Shown here: positions 36,969 through 49,349 of the stretch, in pieces | Position numbering within the stretch: position 1 is the stretch's first letter | How the letters are laid out: each line of letters begins with the position of its first letter | Source of the DNA: Rhynchopus sp. YZ270_cl-10 | Lineage: Eukaryota | NCBI GenBank assembly: GCA_964035575.1 | Contig: OZ037842.1 | Location: forward strand, 248,001 to 312,000 | Direction: 5' to 3' | DNA: 64,000 nt | Made by a program: the position numbers and the translations under genes | Notes under the pieces: model-generated | What the model was told of the DNA's origin: nothing | Database searches by the model: none | Seen by the model: the letters and a program-made list of their open reading frames with translations, nothing else

Positions 36969-37601
36969 ATGGTTCTATAAGGGGGAAAGGTGAGGCTAAC
37001 CCCCTCCTCCTCCTCCTCCTCCTCCTCCCTCCCTGAATAGAGTCTTTTTGAAATTGAGGGAAAATAATAATTAGATTCATATACTTTCAGTTCGCAGAAT
37101 TGAAAGTATTTGAGAGGGTCAACACAATGCACCAATAAAAAGGGGATTCTTTTTTTTGGAGGGAATTTTGGGGAAGTTCAGTTAAGTTATCGTGGAACGG
37201 ATCTGGGAGGGGAATTTTTTGAAGGGTCAAAACCATGAAAGGGGGGGGTACTGTGCTGTGACTGAACACAGGATCCATCTGAGCAAAAAAAAATTTTTGT
37301 GAAATGAGTCTAAACCCTTGCGTGATTTGGCCAACAAAAAAGGGGGTGTGATCAATAATGTCACCTTTTTAAAAAAACCCTGCGACATAATTTAGCAGGG
37401 AATGGGGAAGGGGGTGGGAGGAGAGTCCTTTTGTAGAGGTGTTTGGCTGCACGAAGAGGAATTGAGGAGACGAGGGGTTTACCTCATCTCTCGCTCGCAC
37501 CACCTTCGGCGCGCAAACGACAAAGAGAGAAAAAAATAGCAGTTGCCCCACTAGCAATGCTTAATTTGTATTCGCTTTGTAACCTCTGTAAAGTAAAAAG
37601 A

Positions 37602-37668
37602 AAGTGAAGTTATTAATGCAGGCACCTCCGACTGACCCACGTACGATGCCAGCTCCAGATGAAAGCAC
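37602..37668 (-). mobile_element. Family D short element; other copies 39992-40051 and about 52048-52080
   Basis: Shared AAGTGAAGTTATT.AT.CAGGCACCTCC...GATGCCAGCT..GATGAAAGCA. Confidence 0.7.
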
Positions 37669-38133
37669 AAAAGAAGTTGACAAGTACAAACACCTCACCG
37701 TTCATTGGCGGATGCAAATACTGAAAACTAAAAAAAATTGACTGACCAAACGGTAGTCACCGTAAAAGAAAAGGTTATAAGGTAAACCCTAAGCCTCTCA
37801 TTGCTTAGCCACCTTTATATAAAAGCTTTGAAGATGTAAAAGAAACCTAAACAAAAAAAAATAAATCGCAAAAGGAAAAAGGCTTTTTGCATTTTTTTTG
37901 TTTTGCCTTTTGATTATCATAAATACATTGTCACTCTCTGAAGCAACTTGATACTTTGAATGACATCACAGACAATCCACCTTGACTTCCCCCCTCCTCC
38001 CCTCAACAACTTCATTGATTTATTACCCCCCACCCCCTAATTTCTCTTATCCTCTCCAGCCCCTTCCTCCACACTATGATAATTCTTCAATTCGTTGTAT
38101 AATTGATATTTGGGGAGGTGATGTATTTTTGTG

Positions 38134-39492
38134 TTACTCAAGCTTTACTCTGACCACGTCGGATTCTATAAGGGAGTGCTGCACATTCCATGTCGCCTCT
38201 GTGAGGAGTTCGAGAAAGGATTCAAAGGGCTCGCCCCCTGCTTCGGACGCGTCCGTCCCGTTTGCAATCTGCATCGCTTTGAAGACAGCCTCAAACACTG
38301 CCCTCCCTGACACACCTTCACCAAGCACCAACCACACTCTCTCTCTTTCTGGCACCACCTTCTCTGTGTTTAGAAGGAAATAACCCTGTTGTTTGATGTC
38401 TCTCGCCGCTGATTTCATGCACGCACCTTGCTTGACGAGGTCCTCAAGAGTGGCATCCAGTTTAACAACTCCTTTGTATCCGTAGAGAACATGAGAAAAG
38501 GGAGATCTTTTTGTTCCGAGAAAGGTGTCAACCTCACAAAGCTCTTCTGGCGTGGAAATAGTGTTGTGGTCGAGAAAATGTTGTGCAAGAAGCTCAAATC
38601 TCTGAAGGTTGAGGGTATCAACAGGGGCGCACCGGATGGCAAAGGTAAGCGCGCTGATATGTACCAAGGTTGTCGCCAGAACACAACCGAGAATGATGGT
38701 ACAGTCTCCATCCGCCCACATACTGATTGCAGCGGCAGCAGCGGTTCCGATTGTAGCAGCAACTGTGGTTTGGGCACCAGATTTGGCGGTCACATCTGCG
38801 AGATTTCCTTTTCTTGCAAAAGATGCATGCAACGATGCACGCGATGCGGACGCAGCGAGAAACGAAATATTTTTCAAAATATTCGACAAACTGGCCAACG
38901 GCAAGAACAGATGCGGGGCGAATGGGATCATGCCTTCTATCACCGCCGCCACATCCAGCACTGCACCAGCTATGAATCTCCACCTCTTGGGGTCTGCATC
39001 GAAGCTGGTGTTAATCACCGACGCAAACAGCACGCCACCTAATTGCCCAATTCCATCCTTCAACACCCACGATAACGCTGCTGCAACCGGTATTGCCCCC
39101 GTAGAAAGACCTGCCGCAAAAAGCATTGACTGTGTCGAGAACACCATAGACATGGACCCTGCTACAGAAGCCACAGTGTAAAATCCGACATAATTGAGAT
39201 ATCTTCCTCGGACCGAAGAATGGTGGTCCTTCGGAAGCAAATGAGCAACAGCAGAGTTGCAAGCCCGGACCACCTTCTGCATCGGCCCACCCTGACTCCC
39301 AGCCTGGTCATCCTTGAACACTCCATTCCCCACCTCATAGCTGGTACTGACTGATCGGAATAGAGTTCTCCTAGTTTGCACCATCCTTGGCGCCTCCACT
39401 TTTGTCTCCACACTGCAGAGGCGGATCTGTTTTAGAATTGGTCGGCATTTTATTATACGCGAAAAACGGGAAAATGGAGCAAAATGTGTCAT
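38134..39492 (-). CDS. RUS1/DUF647 (root UVB sensitive-like) protein
   Basis: WVLKDGIGQLGGVLFA, FDADPKRWRF, RASLHASFA..GNLADVTAK, TLNLQR motifs. Confidence 0.92.
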   Translation of the reverse strand: MTHFAPFSRFSRIIKCRPILKQIRLCSVETKVEAPRMVQTRRTLFRSVSTSYEVGNGVFKDDQAGSQGGPMQKVVRACNSAVAHLLPKDHHSSVRGRYLNYVGFYTVASVAGSMSMVFSTQSMLFAAGLSTGAIPVAAALSWVLKDGIGQLGGVLFASVINTSFDADPKRWRFIAGAVLDVAAVIEGMIPFAPHLFLPLASLSNILKNISFLAASASRASLHASFARKGNLADVTAKSGAQTTVAATIGTAAAAAISMWADGDCTIILGCVLATTLVHISALTFAIRCAPVDTLNLQRFELLAQHFLDHNTISTPEELCEVDTFLGTKRSPFSHVLYGYKGVVKLDATLEDLVKQGACMKSAARDIKQQGYFLLNTEKVVPERERVWLVLGEGVSGRAVFEAVFKAMQIANGTDASEAGGEPFESFLELLTEATWNVQHSLIESDVVRVKLE

Positions 39493-39868
39493 TGTACTTC
39501 TGTTGTGAGAAAGGAGGTGGGGTATGAAGCGGAGAATGTAGATAGGGGGGGAATGGAAGCGAAAGTGAGGGGGAGGTTTCTTAGGAAATGCAGGGGCCTT
39601 TTTTTATTATACTGTATCCTATCTAGTGGATAGGTGCGCGCGACGCTTATAGTTTATTGTTGATAATCTGCTGGTTGAAGTGTAGACGTCATGAGCATGA
39701 GAGCCGTCGTTTCATCACCATTTTTTTCTGTATTACGCTTGTCAGAAATTCTCAGAAATGCTCCAATATGCTCCCCGAAAAAAAAGTACACGTGGTCCAG
39801 GACCAATTTCGCTTATCATGGTGATTCACATGTCATTTCACTTGTCAGGTGACTCTGGACCACGTCGT

Positions 39869-39986
39869 GTAGACTTGAAAATACAAAGCCCTCTCATGAC
39901 AGTGTACCTTGGTGCATGACCGGCTGTACCGGGGGGTGGACACCCAACCATGCAAACCTACATCCATTTCGTGGTTTACATCTGAT
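39869..39986 (-). mobile_element. Family C long form (also 12733-12844); short hairpin-only forms at about 14886-14925, 49131-49173, 54137-54178
   Basis: Shared AAATACAAAGCCCTCTCGTGACAGTGTACCTT; long forms add GGTGCA...TACATCCATTTCGTGGTTTACAT. Confidence 0.8.
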
Positions 39987-40736
39987 AAAAAAAGTGAAGT
40001 TATTGATACAGGCACCTCCCGCTGGCCCACGATGCCAGCTGGATGAAAGCATTAAGTACCAAAAGAAAATCACGTTGTTGTGCAGAATAATATAGCGGGG
40101 AAAAGCGGGAAACCCTGAGAAGGAATTTCAGACCAAAATAATGCTATGTTATACGCTGCGGTGTCCATCTGATTTTCGCCTCAAATTTGGTGGGAGTTTG
40201 ACCACTAAACTCTCACCAAAATTTCAGATAAAATCAGGTGGTTTGTGGAAAAAATAAAGGGTGCCATTTAAAAAGAAAGCTCATTAATCTGTTTGTACAG
40301 GAGAGCTTGGTTTGAGGAGGGGGAGAGAGGAGGAAAAAACTGAGGCCTTTTCGTGAGTGAACTTTTTGGGAGATTTGCACAGCTGTGGCAACACAACCCG
40401 AGGCAACTACACTGCATCAACAATTTAAAAAGGAAAAACTTATGTTCCAAAGAGACCAACGCGAGGAGGGGGGGGTTTTTTTTATTGAGAAAGTCACTGA
40501 TTTTTTTTTGTTTTTGCGCCCACCATTTCGTTGTTGATTCCTATTGCAAAATATGGGTGGAAAAATGGGGGAAAACATAACGGGGGAGAAAACCTTGTGA
40601 GATTGAATTGAGAAAAAAAAAAAAAAGAAAAAATGCTGCCACCAGAGGACAGTGGGTGACATCTTCCGCTTTTGGCTAATCACGGAGGGTTAAGCATATG
40701 GGGTGAAAGGAGAAAAAAGAGGAGGGTGTTGAGTTT

Positions 40737-40942
40737 CACGGCGACCATGCAACCCGGGACATGCTACGTTCCTTACCTTACAATTCGCTCTAAAACGATG
40801 ACATAGTAATTTCTATGTATTTGCGTGTTATGAGACTGGCCCCTTGCCACCCAATGCAAATACATGTTATATTAAAATATACCATGCAAAAAGAATGTTA
40901 AAATTAACGAACGTAACATCGTACCCGGACATGGTCGCCATA
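40737..40942. mobile_element. CACGGCG-terminus MITE (CMC-like), degenerate
   Basis: Imperfect TIR CACGGCGACCATG.../...CATGGTCGCCATA extending about 35 bp. Confidence 0.55.
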
Positions 40943-42222
40943 ATAGCCACAATACTGCTTCCATAGAGGTTTTGTACATCATAAGGTTGATAGTGCAAAC
41001 GCCTCTGGGATGCAGGTGACACTAAGCCACCCTCAACATTATTTTTCCTTGTCGCGTCCTTGAGGGGTTATCGTGTGAAATCTTAAACAATTTCAAAATA
41101 AATGCATGGAAGTCAGATTGTGGTTGCATTTATTTTGATTCAAAGATCCATTTTTTCGCGACGCGCTGAAGCCGAAGGTGCAAAAACACCGTTGATTTTG
41201 ACAAAAGTGCTGTGACATTATATTCTCGTTCTAAAAAAAAAAAAAAATGCCGTGTGATAAGCAGGGATGTTGCTAAACCGCGTAGTGGAATTCCAAAATC
41301 CTTGAGAGGTCGTTTTTTTTACGGGAAATTTTACGTGGGGAAGTCGTTTTTTTTACGGGAAATTTTACGCGGGAAATCCTTTTTTTTTCCGGGAAATTTT
41401 GAGGAGTCTTTTTTTTTTTACGGGAAAATTCTGTAGGGTTGACCCGGGAGGCTGTACCTTCAATTTTTTTTTTCGCCTGCGGCGCCATTTTATATTATTT
41501 TTTTTTGCTTCGCAAAAAAAAATTCAGTTCCGTATGTTCCCGATGGTACTTGTCTTCTGAAGGAAAAGTACAAAGTGAACGTGGGGGCAGTTTGCGTAGT
41601 TGCAAACTTTGCTGCATGTTGTGACCCCACCATTTGACGGACGGAGCACGTCGAACCCAATAAGGAGTGAGAAAGAAGGATATGGCCAAAGAAAAAAGTA
41701 GCGTACCGTGCGCCTGCGGCGCAAGCTTGCATTACACCCTTCTTATGACATAGTTTGGCTGCGAAAAAAGTGCAATTTTAAGCGCAATTTTGAAATGTGG
41801 CGTACCGTGGCTTCGCCAGAACGCGGTTTTTTCGAAGTTTTCTTGGAAAATGGGGACACTCTCGCACGGGTTTTGTAGGCTGCACCGGTAGTGCACTCCC
41901 CGTCTTTGGTTGCTGTTGAACAAGGATTCTCTCTCCTGACTACATCTACGCAAAGAGACGCCACCGCCTTTCTCACAGCACTATTGAGAAGCTGATGGTT
42001 CTTCATGAACAGGCACCGAGTTTAACAACGGAAAGATGGGGAATATTCTTGAACACGCTGTTGCCTTGTTTCTCAGCACAAGCGTAACAGGTTCAAGAGA
42101 AAACGGAGGTGTTCCTGCTGATGGCGGAGGAGTTGGAAGACTTCGCTCCCCGTATTTGCTTTCGGAATTGAGCTTCTGAGGACCTTTTTCGCGCGCAGCG
42201 CGAATTTTTTTTTCTCCAAAAC

Positions 42223-42336
42223 TGGTGCTTTCGGAAGTCGGTCAACGACCTGTCAATATCAGGGGGTGTGTGTATAGAGTCCCTGTGTCAGCGACCTGTC
42301 AGCGACCTGTCAATATCGACCCCTCCCGGAGCACCA
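42223..42336. mobile_element. TGG...CCA MITE; relatives at about 9733-9785 and 48712-48759
   Basis: TIR TGGTGCT(T/C)CGG; 5-bp TSD AAAAC; internal CGACCTGTCA repeats shared with the 9733 copy. Confidence 0.65.
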
Positions 42337-43039
42337 AAAACGAAAGAAATTGGACGTGGGGTTCTCAAAATTTTCGGGGAAAACGGCATATTTAGCGATA
42401 AGTGTGTTCGAAACGTATCATGTGGGCAAAAAAATTATGATTTTCACCACCAGACATGGGCCAGGGTCGAAAAATGTACCTTTTTCCCGTGTAAAAAAAC
42501 CCGTAAAAAAACCCGAATTCCAAGCCCAAAAAGTGCGATTTTCGTAACTGTTTAGCGTCAGGTCTGGTGATAAGACGGATAATGTTCCATACTTTGTGTG
42601 GCAGGTACATTAAACGTCTCACTGTTCATCGGACAGACGCAGGCTGATTTTCAAAAGGAGAAAACTGTTATTTCGACAAAACAGCCTTTACATAAATACA
42701 CTGGGTAACGGAGATCAGAATTGAACAAAAAAAAAAAAGGTTTTTGAGATGAAAGCTTTTGCACATCACCTTGAAAAAGGGGGTGAATTGCGTTGACGCT
42801 TCCACGACACTACCTCCACATTTGGAGGGTAGGGATGCGGAACACGGTTGGGTGAGCGAACAACGTGACACTGTCCACTTCAAAATAGTGTGCGTAATAA
42901 AAAAGGGGGGAAGTTGGCGCAAAACATTCTACGAACGTTGAGCACCAAAAATGGGAATGCAAAACAAAGTTTTCCCATTTTGTTTGCCCCCCCTATGAAG
43001 AAAAATATACCTATGTCAAAATGACACAAAACACAACGA

Positions 43040-43188
43040 CATGGCGGACTAGTCAGGACTATTAGTTGTGCTACTGGTCCAAATGACTAGCGTTTTACGA
43101 GTATTGTTACACCAGTAACACCACTAGTTTAGCACTAGTTGCTACGACTAGTAGTTCCATTAGTAGTCCCCATGACTAGTCCGCCGTG
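43040..43188. mobile_element. CMC/CACTA-like MITE
   Basis: 16-bp TIR CA(T/C)GGCGGACTAGTCA; 2-bp TSD GA; many ACTAG subrepeats. Confidence 0.7.
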
Positions 43189-45751
43189 GAACCCTTAATC
43201 CACACCCCTCCCCTCCCGAATAAACAGAGATTTAGGACTTAGGGAAAGGTCGGCTATTTCTTGCTTTTTCGGGCACTCCAAATTTCTCGTAAAAAATTCA
43301 ATGTGCGTGAGGCAACAGTCAACACGTAACGTTGAATAGTGGTCTCCTTTGCGAAAGTGAAAGACAATAGAAGAGGTGACAACGAGAGAGGGAAGTGTTT
43401 TTTTGCATGGCATATATCGCCAATAACATTATCTAAAAAAACGTGAGATTGAAAGAAGAAAAAAAAACGCACAAAATTAAAGGAGATGGGGGGGGCCCAA
43501 TTCACTTATTCGGTAACTCTTTGAAAAGCCAAAAAATCGCAGCGAAAAAGAAAAAAAAAAGTTACTTCGTAAAAACCGCCATTATTTGGGACTTATTTGG
43601 ACCCCCCCCTTTAGTTTCATACTTTCAAATCAAAGAAGAGAAAGTACAAGGAGGAAAAAAAAAGAAAGGAAAATGTTTTGTTGTTAGAAAACAAGATGAA
43701 TGCGCCTCGCGTGCATGCAAGACATAGCTACCTTTAAAACATTGAATACTGACAAGTCCCCATTCCCCATCGGCAGGTTGCATTCGTTGTCTTGAGCCAG
43801 TAGTGGTTGCAGTACGACTTACACATCAATGTTATCCCTTGACATCAAGCGTTTTTTGTTATACCTTATAACGGCCAGCAGTGGACCCCATACATCTTAA
43901 GAATATTTAGAATATTTAGATACAAGAATGGTACTTATTGTCCATCGTCTTTAAAAAACAAAATGTTAAAAAGCGCAAATTCCCCACTGGACGACACCGG
44001 ACGGTACTCCGGGTATCGATCCCGGAGGGAACTAAAAAAAAAGAAAAAAAAATTGTACGCTGAGCAGGGCTGTTCCTAAGTGAGAATGAGAATAAGGGAT
44101 TCTGATTTTTGAGTTTTTTTTCCTTTTTTTTTTTCCTTTTTTCCTTCGTTGGGTTTTAGCCTGCTTCTACTAGATTAGGAGCCAACATTTTGTACACCAC
44201 TGGTCGGGGTGGTATGCAAACAAGCCAAAGATCAGGTTTTCGGGTGGGGGAAAAAAAAAAATCCCCCCCCAAAAAAAAAAAAAATCCGCCTGCGGCGCAG
44301 GCTTTTCCCCATATATGCCTCCCAAAATGCGGATTTTAGATTTTGGAAATGCCGCACCGAAGGAATTTTCGTGGTTGCCGCACTTTTTTTTTCGCAAAAG
44401 AAGGGGGAAGGTATGTAGGCACTTCTGTCTGGGAAAAAATGACCAGGAAAAAAATGTTGGGGTCCCATGCTCCAAATGTGTGAAATAAGCAAAAAAAGAG
44501 TATTCTGTGCACTGTAGTTGTAGCTATTCTGTGTTTGACAGTAAAAGTATGCAATTTTGAGCAACATTTTTTTGAAATGTTGCGTACCGTGGCTTCGCCA
44601 AAAACTTTCGTTTCAGCAAAACAGGGAAGTAAAATTTATGGAAACTTACGATAATTACCAACGACAGTGCCATTTTATGTCAACATTTTTTGAAATGTTG
44701 CGTACCGTGGCTTCGCCAGGAACCTTTGGGTGCCATGACCGCCGTTTCTTTTGTAAATGTACTGAGGTTACTGATAATTCGTGCACCACGCGTGCTTGGT
44801 GCAATTTTTTCGCAGACCGGACTAAACCAGAGAACCTCATAGTTCATAGTGAGGGTACTTTAGAGTGTTTTTGCACACACATGTGACCCCACCGTGGAGA
44901 GCAATCGGCTCGCGCAATCAAAAGAAAGCAGAGAAAAGGGAAAAGACAAAAAGACAAAAGTTGGGTACCGTGCGCCTGCGGCGCTACCTGTTCCCAGTCA
45001 ACAACACCATAATTTCATCTGAAGTTGGGTTTTCAGACCTGAAAATGACCCTTCTTTACGAGTATGGGTTCATATTTGTGAAAATTTAAGTCACTAAAAT
45101 TTTGTCCATTTTTCCGAATATGCCCCACCACAGAACGGGATTGGCTCAAATCTGGCAAAAATGCAGGAAAAACCTGCCTCTGCGGGTTTAAAAAATAAAG
45201 GAAAAAAACGAGAATAAAACCAGCGATTTTTGGGGGAAAAAACGAGAATAAGGAACAGCCCTGACGCTGAGTAAGACACAGTTAGTAGCTCACCGAAATG
45301 AGGGGGGGAAAGAGTCATAAAAATGGATGGCAAAAGAGCTACCCAGCATTGTCACGGATGCAGAGTGATCCATGGTATTGGGAAAGGAATCCACAACACC
45401 GCCACACCTCTGCTCTCTCAGTTTGAATGCTGAGTGCGTGCCTTTTTAAAACAGAACCGGTTCACTATTTATGGATGAAAGATGATACAAATAAAACTCG
45501 AAAGATGAACACAGATACGGCACATCAGATTTGAAAGATGGCCTTCCATTTTTTTGGGCACCAATGTGAACTTTCCCATATCTTGCGTGTTCTATCCAAT
45601 TGGAAAAAAAGCGGGAACGCTACAGTGGCTCGCAAGAAAACTAGCTGCCATTCTGAAAAAAACGTTCCTACCATCCGGCGGTCAGCAAGCGGAGTGCAAA
45701 AGCACCTGGGCCTCTGTTTGGGGTTATCGAACTGCAGGCATCACCCCTATC

Positions 45752-47125
45752 CTACACCCCCCTGCGTTTTGCAGGTCCAGAAGAAGAATCACCGAATTTC
45801 GACAACAACAGGAAGAATCCGAACCCAGCTCCTGTGGTAGCCAACCCTACACAGATGCCGATTAGCGCGACGGGGACTGCTTGGGTTGAATGAGTTGGGT
45901 CCACATCCACCTGCATAGCATCGCTCTTCTGCGGCACATACGATCTGTTCAACACCTTTGCCGCATCTGCTGGCTCCATTTCCACTGCCTTCTCCGCAGC
46001 AGCTTTCAATTCCGCCACCAACGATGCCTCTGCTTTACCCCCTTCACTCTCCACCTTCACCATAGGTGCCCCTCCATCCATGGCAACCACTTCAGGTTCT
46101 TTGGGAGCTGTCTCCAACCCTGTCACATCAGTAGGTGCGGGGGTAGGGGGTGGCAGGGAGGGAGCAGGGGTATCAGGTGAAGGGGTGGGTGGTGGTGTTG
46201 GAGGCGGCGCTGCTGTCTGGGTCTCGGAGGCGAGGAGGGTGTGGCACTCTAGTATGTCCACGAAGCGGAAGCTGTGCTTTTGATAATAGTCGATGACAAT
46301 GTCGAGAAGTGTCTTGCCGGCTTCGGTGGAGTCCTCGGGGAAGGCCCAGTCGTGCATCAGCACAATGTGTGAAAACGGAACATGCTTTCTGTTGACAGCC
46401 TGCATAAAGTTCCGCTTAATCTCTTCTGTTTTACCTCCTTTCCAATCCCGCGTGTCAATGTTCCAGTTCGCTACCGCCGCATACCCTTTCGATTTGATAT
46501 AATCCAAATTGCCCCGTGTAACAGAACCCTGAGGAGCCCGAAAAATTGTCATTTCCTGCTCCTTCCTGATCGTCAAAGTCTCTGGATCCAAGCATGCCTT
46601 TTCACTGATCGTTTCCTGTTTTTCTTTGTTATGATCCCTGCAAAGGCAGGTTTTATACCAGGTCTGGAAGGTGTCTAATTCCCAGGCCATTTGCTCTGGG
46701 GGGAGGTTGGGGAAGAGGGCGTGCGTCCAGGTGTGGTGTTGGATGGAGTGGCCTTCGTCGACGATGCGGCGCATGAGGGAGCACATGGGTTTTTCGCGTA
46801 CCAGGGCGTCCATGTTGGGGTGGAGGCGTTCCTCGTCGCTGAGGAGAATGCCGATGGTGATGAAGAAGGTTGCTTTGACCTCGCGACGCTGCAGTACCTC
46901 CAGCACCTTCTCGATCTGCCCTGGCCGTGGGCCGTCATCGAACGTCAGGGACACCACCTTCTCCTTATGCCCACACGACCGCAGCGACCCAGCCTTGCCA
47001 TCCTTCAGTGTCTTCCGGATCCGTTTCCGACCCTTCTTCACAATAGGCTCCGTCTGCTGTGGCTGTGTGTCCTCCCCTTCGGTGTCCACAACAACCACAC
47101 AGAACAGCAAAAATAATAACCACAT
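45752..47125 (-). CDS. Membrane-anchored CE4/NodB polysaccharide deacetylase (paralog 1)
   Basis: Signal peptide; LTFDDGP, HHTWTH, RAPQG, WNIDTRDW, IVLMHD; Pro/Thr stalk; C-terminal TM. Confidence 0.9.
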   Translation of the reverse strand: MWLLFLLFCVVVVDTEGEDTQPQQTEPIVKKGRKRIRKTLKDGKAGSLRSCGHKEKVVSLTFDDGPRPGQIEKVLEVLQRREVKATFFITIGILLSDEERLHPNMDALVREKPMCSLMRRIVDEGHSIQHHTWTHALFPNLPPEQMAWELDTFQTWYKTCLCRDHNKEKQETISEKACLDPETLTIRKEQEMTIFRAPQGSVTRGNLDYIKSKGYAAVANWNIDTRDWKGGKTEEIKRNFMQAVNRKHVPFSHIVLMHDWAFPEDSTEAGKTLLDIVIDYYQKHSFRFVDILECHTLLASETQTAAPPPTPPPTPSPDTPAPSLPPPTPAPTDVTGLETAPKEPEVVAMDGGAPMVKVESEGGKAEASLVAELKAAAEKAVEMEPADAAKVLNRSYVPQKSDAMQVDVDPTHSTQAVPVALIGICVGLATTGAGFGFFLLLSKFGDSSSGPAKRRGV

Positions 47126-49349
47126 CTTGGCTGTGTGTGGTCTGGAAGGAGGAGTGGAAAGGAGGGGAGGTGGAAATTTGTTTGCGTAAAGATATGTTCG
47201 CAGATATGTTAGAAATCGGGTTGAAGGATATACGGGTATTGAATTTTGTTACTGTTTTACTCTGATTGCCTCAACAGGATCACCAGGGAATGGGAAAGGG
47301 GGTCCTGAAGGTATAGAATCAGAGTGACGTCTCAGGTCGTGACTTTGTAGGACACAAACCCCTCCGACACGCGGCGTCCGGACAAATGACCGAATGTGAC
47401 CCGTCTACAGAAGATGCGCGAATACACCGGATGACACAATAATAAACTCCAGCCCCTTCACAACCAACTTCTCGGTCAAGACAACGCCTCCAGCATTTTT
47501 TTCCCCCGTCAGCTTTCGTAAAAAAGATCCAACCAATCTCATATCGGTGTTTCATTTTCGCTGCAAATGAACTGAACCAGCGTACCAAGCACGTCAGAAG
47601 AGGTGGATGCGTCATGTATGTGGGGACTGCGACATGAGCCTGCACCTGCATAGGTGCGAGGGGGTGGCAAAGAAGATGAGGAGACCAGAGCCGCAACCGC
47701 GGATGCGTATGCAGCGAATCGTATTGACCGTGCAAACCCGGTATGCTAAATGCGGAACAGATCAGGCAGGTCAAGCGGCTGATGCACAAATTCGTCCCCC
47801 CCTGGTTCGCAAGAATCGAAGTGGATCGATAACCCCTCTGCGGGGGACCACCCGGAGAGACCACAATATCACCAGTGTACTGTTCCTGCTACGAACTGAA
47901 CTCCGTTACAGAGCGCAGCAGTGGCAGTGAAGACGAGAGAGGAGAGAGAGAGAGATGGATCATTGGACGTCAGTATTATTCAAAAAATGTGCAATCAGAG
48001 GGGAACTACGTTTCTGTGACTCAGACTGGGGTGGAGAGGGGGCATGCTCTACATCACACAACCACGAACCGCTGTTTTTCTTCTTTTTTTAGAATACTGC
48101 GGGAGTAGTGAGAGGTCAACACAAAAAAAAAACAGGGAATTAAAAAAATCTGTGCTGTATGCCAGCTTGGCGGGCATAGACACACATAAAAGGAAACTAG
48201 GGATAGCTAAAATAACGTCAATAACAAGTAGTTCATGGTGTACAAAAAAAGAAAACAAAAGAGTTGGCGCACAGTAGGAGAACCAAATCCGATGTTAATA
48301 ATAAAAAAAGAAAAGTTTATAAGATGATCCTAATCCTCTCGTGCTTAGTCACCTTATCATAAAAAAGATGGGCGAAAATTTAGGGGAGTGCAACAACGGG
48401 GAGCATTTGATCTCGCTGCAGCTTTTCCCTTATTTTATATTGCACAGAATATAGTACTGTACAAAACAAAAATTTGAGGAAAAACAACAGACTGAGACTC
48501 TGCGTCACTTAGGCAGGGAATCTTTAATCTTTCTGTGATGAACACAACCCAAAAAAACAAAAACTGTGCCACCGTATATTGCGTCCCCTTCCTTTTCCAA
48601 ATTTATGTACTTATAGAACTTCGTTCATCTACATTACACTGTGTCACCCCAAGGGGTGCGGGGATGGCATGTGAGATACTATTTGGGGATACCACATACT
48701 CCCTCCAATATTGGTGTTCCGGAGGGGGGCCTATATTGACAGGTGTTTCAGGAACGCCAAAATATGCTACTCAATTATGCTGTCCCCATACCCCTTGAAA
48801 GTGTTAAGTGCTGGCATGCAAAGAAATTCTTGTATGGATGTATCTCAACAGAACATCAAAACAAGAGAGCCTCATAAAACGGCAGCAGGCCAAACCGAAC
48901 GCATTTTTTTATTGACGAGATAATAACAAATTCTTTTGAGTAGATGGGTGGGGGAAAACGGAATTGTCTGAAAAAAAAACTGAATTGACGAAACTTGAGT
49001 GGACTAAAAATTTAAAACAGCAATGCCTCCATTTTAGCTCACAAAAGGCATTTTTTTCCCCCTTTTGCAGTCACCTCAACGGACATGAAGAACATCAAGA
49101 AATCACACGAATATGCGCAAAAAAAAAAAGAAGTTGACTTCAAATACAAAGCCCTCTCGTGAACAGTGTACTTAAAGGAGGGGGATCGTCCCCCCCTACC
49201 ATAATACTGCGTGACGCTTCATGAGAGCCTTTGATGGTTGTAAATAGAGAATTTGTCTTATTCTTTAATTTTTTTGCTCTGAAGCGAAAAGAGCCTAGAA
49301 AAGAGAAGTTTTGAACGCTTTCGAACATTTGATAGAATTATAGTTTGTT

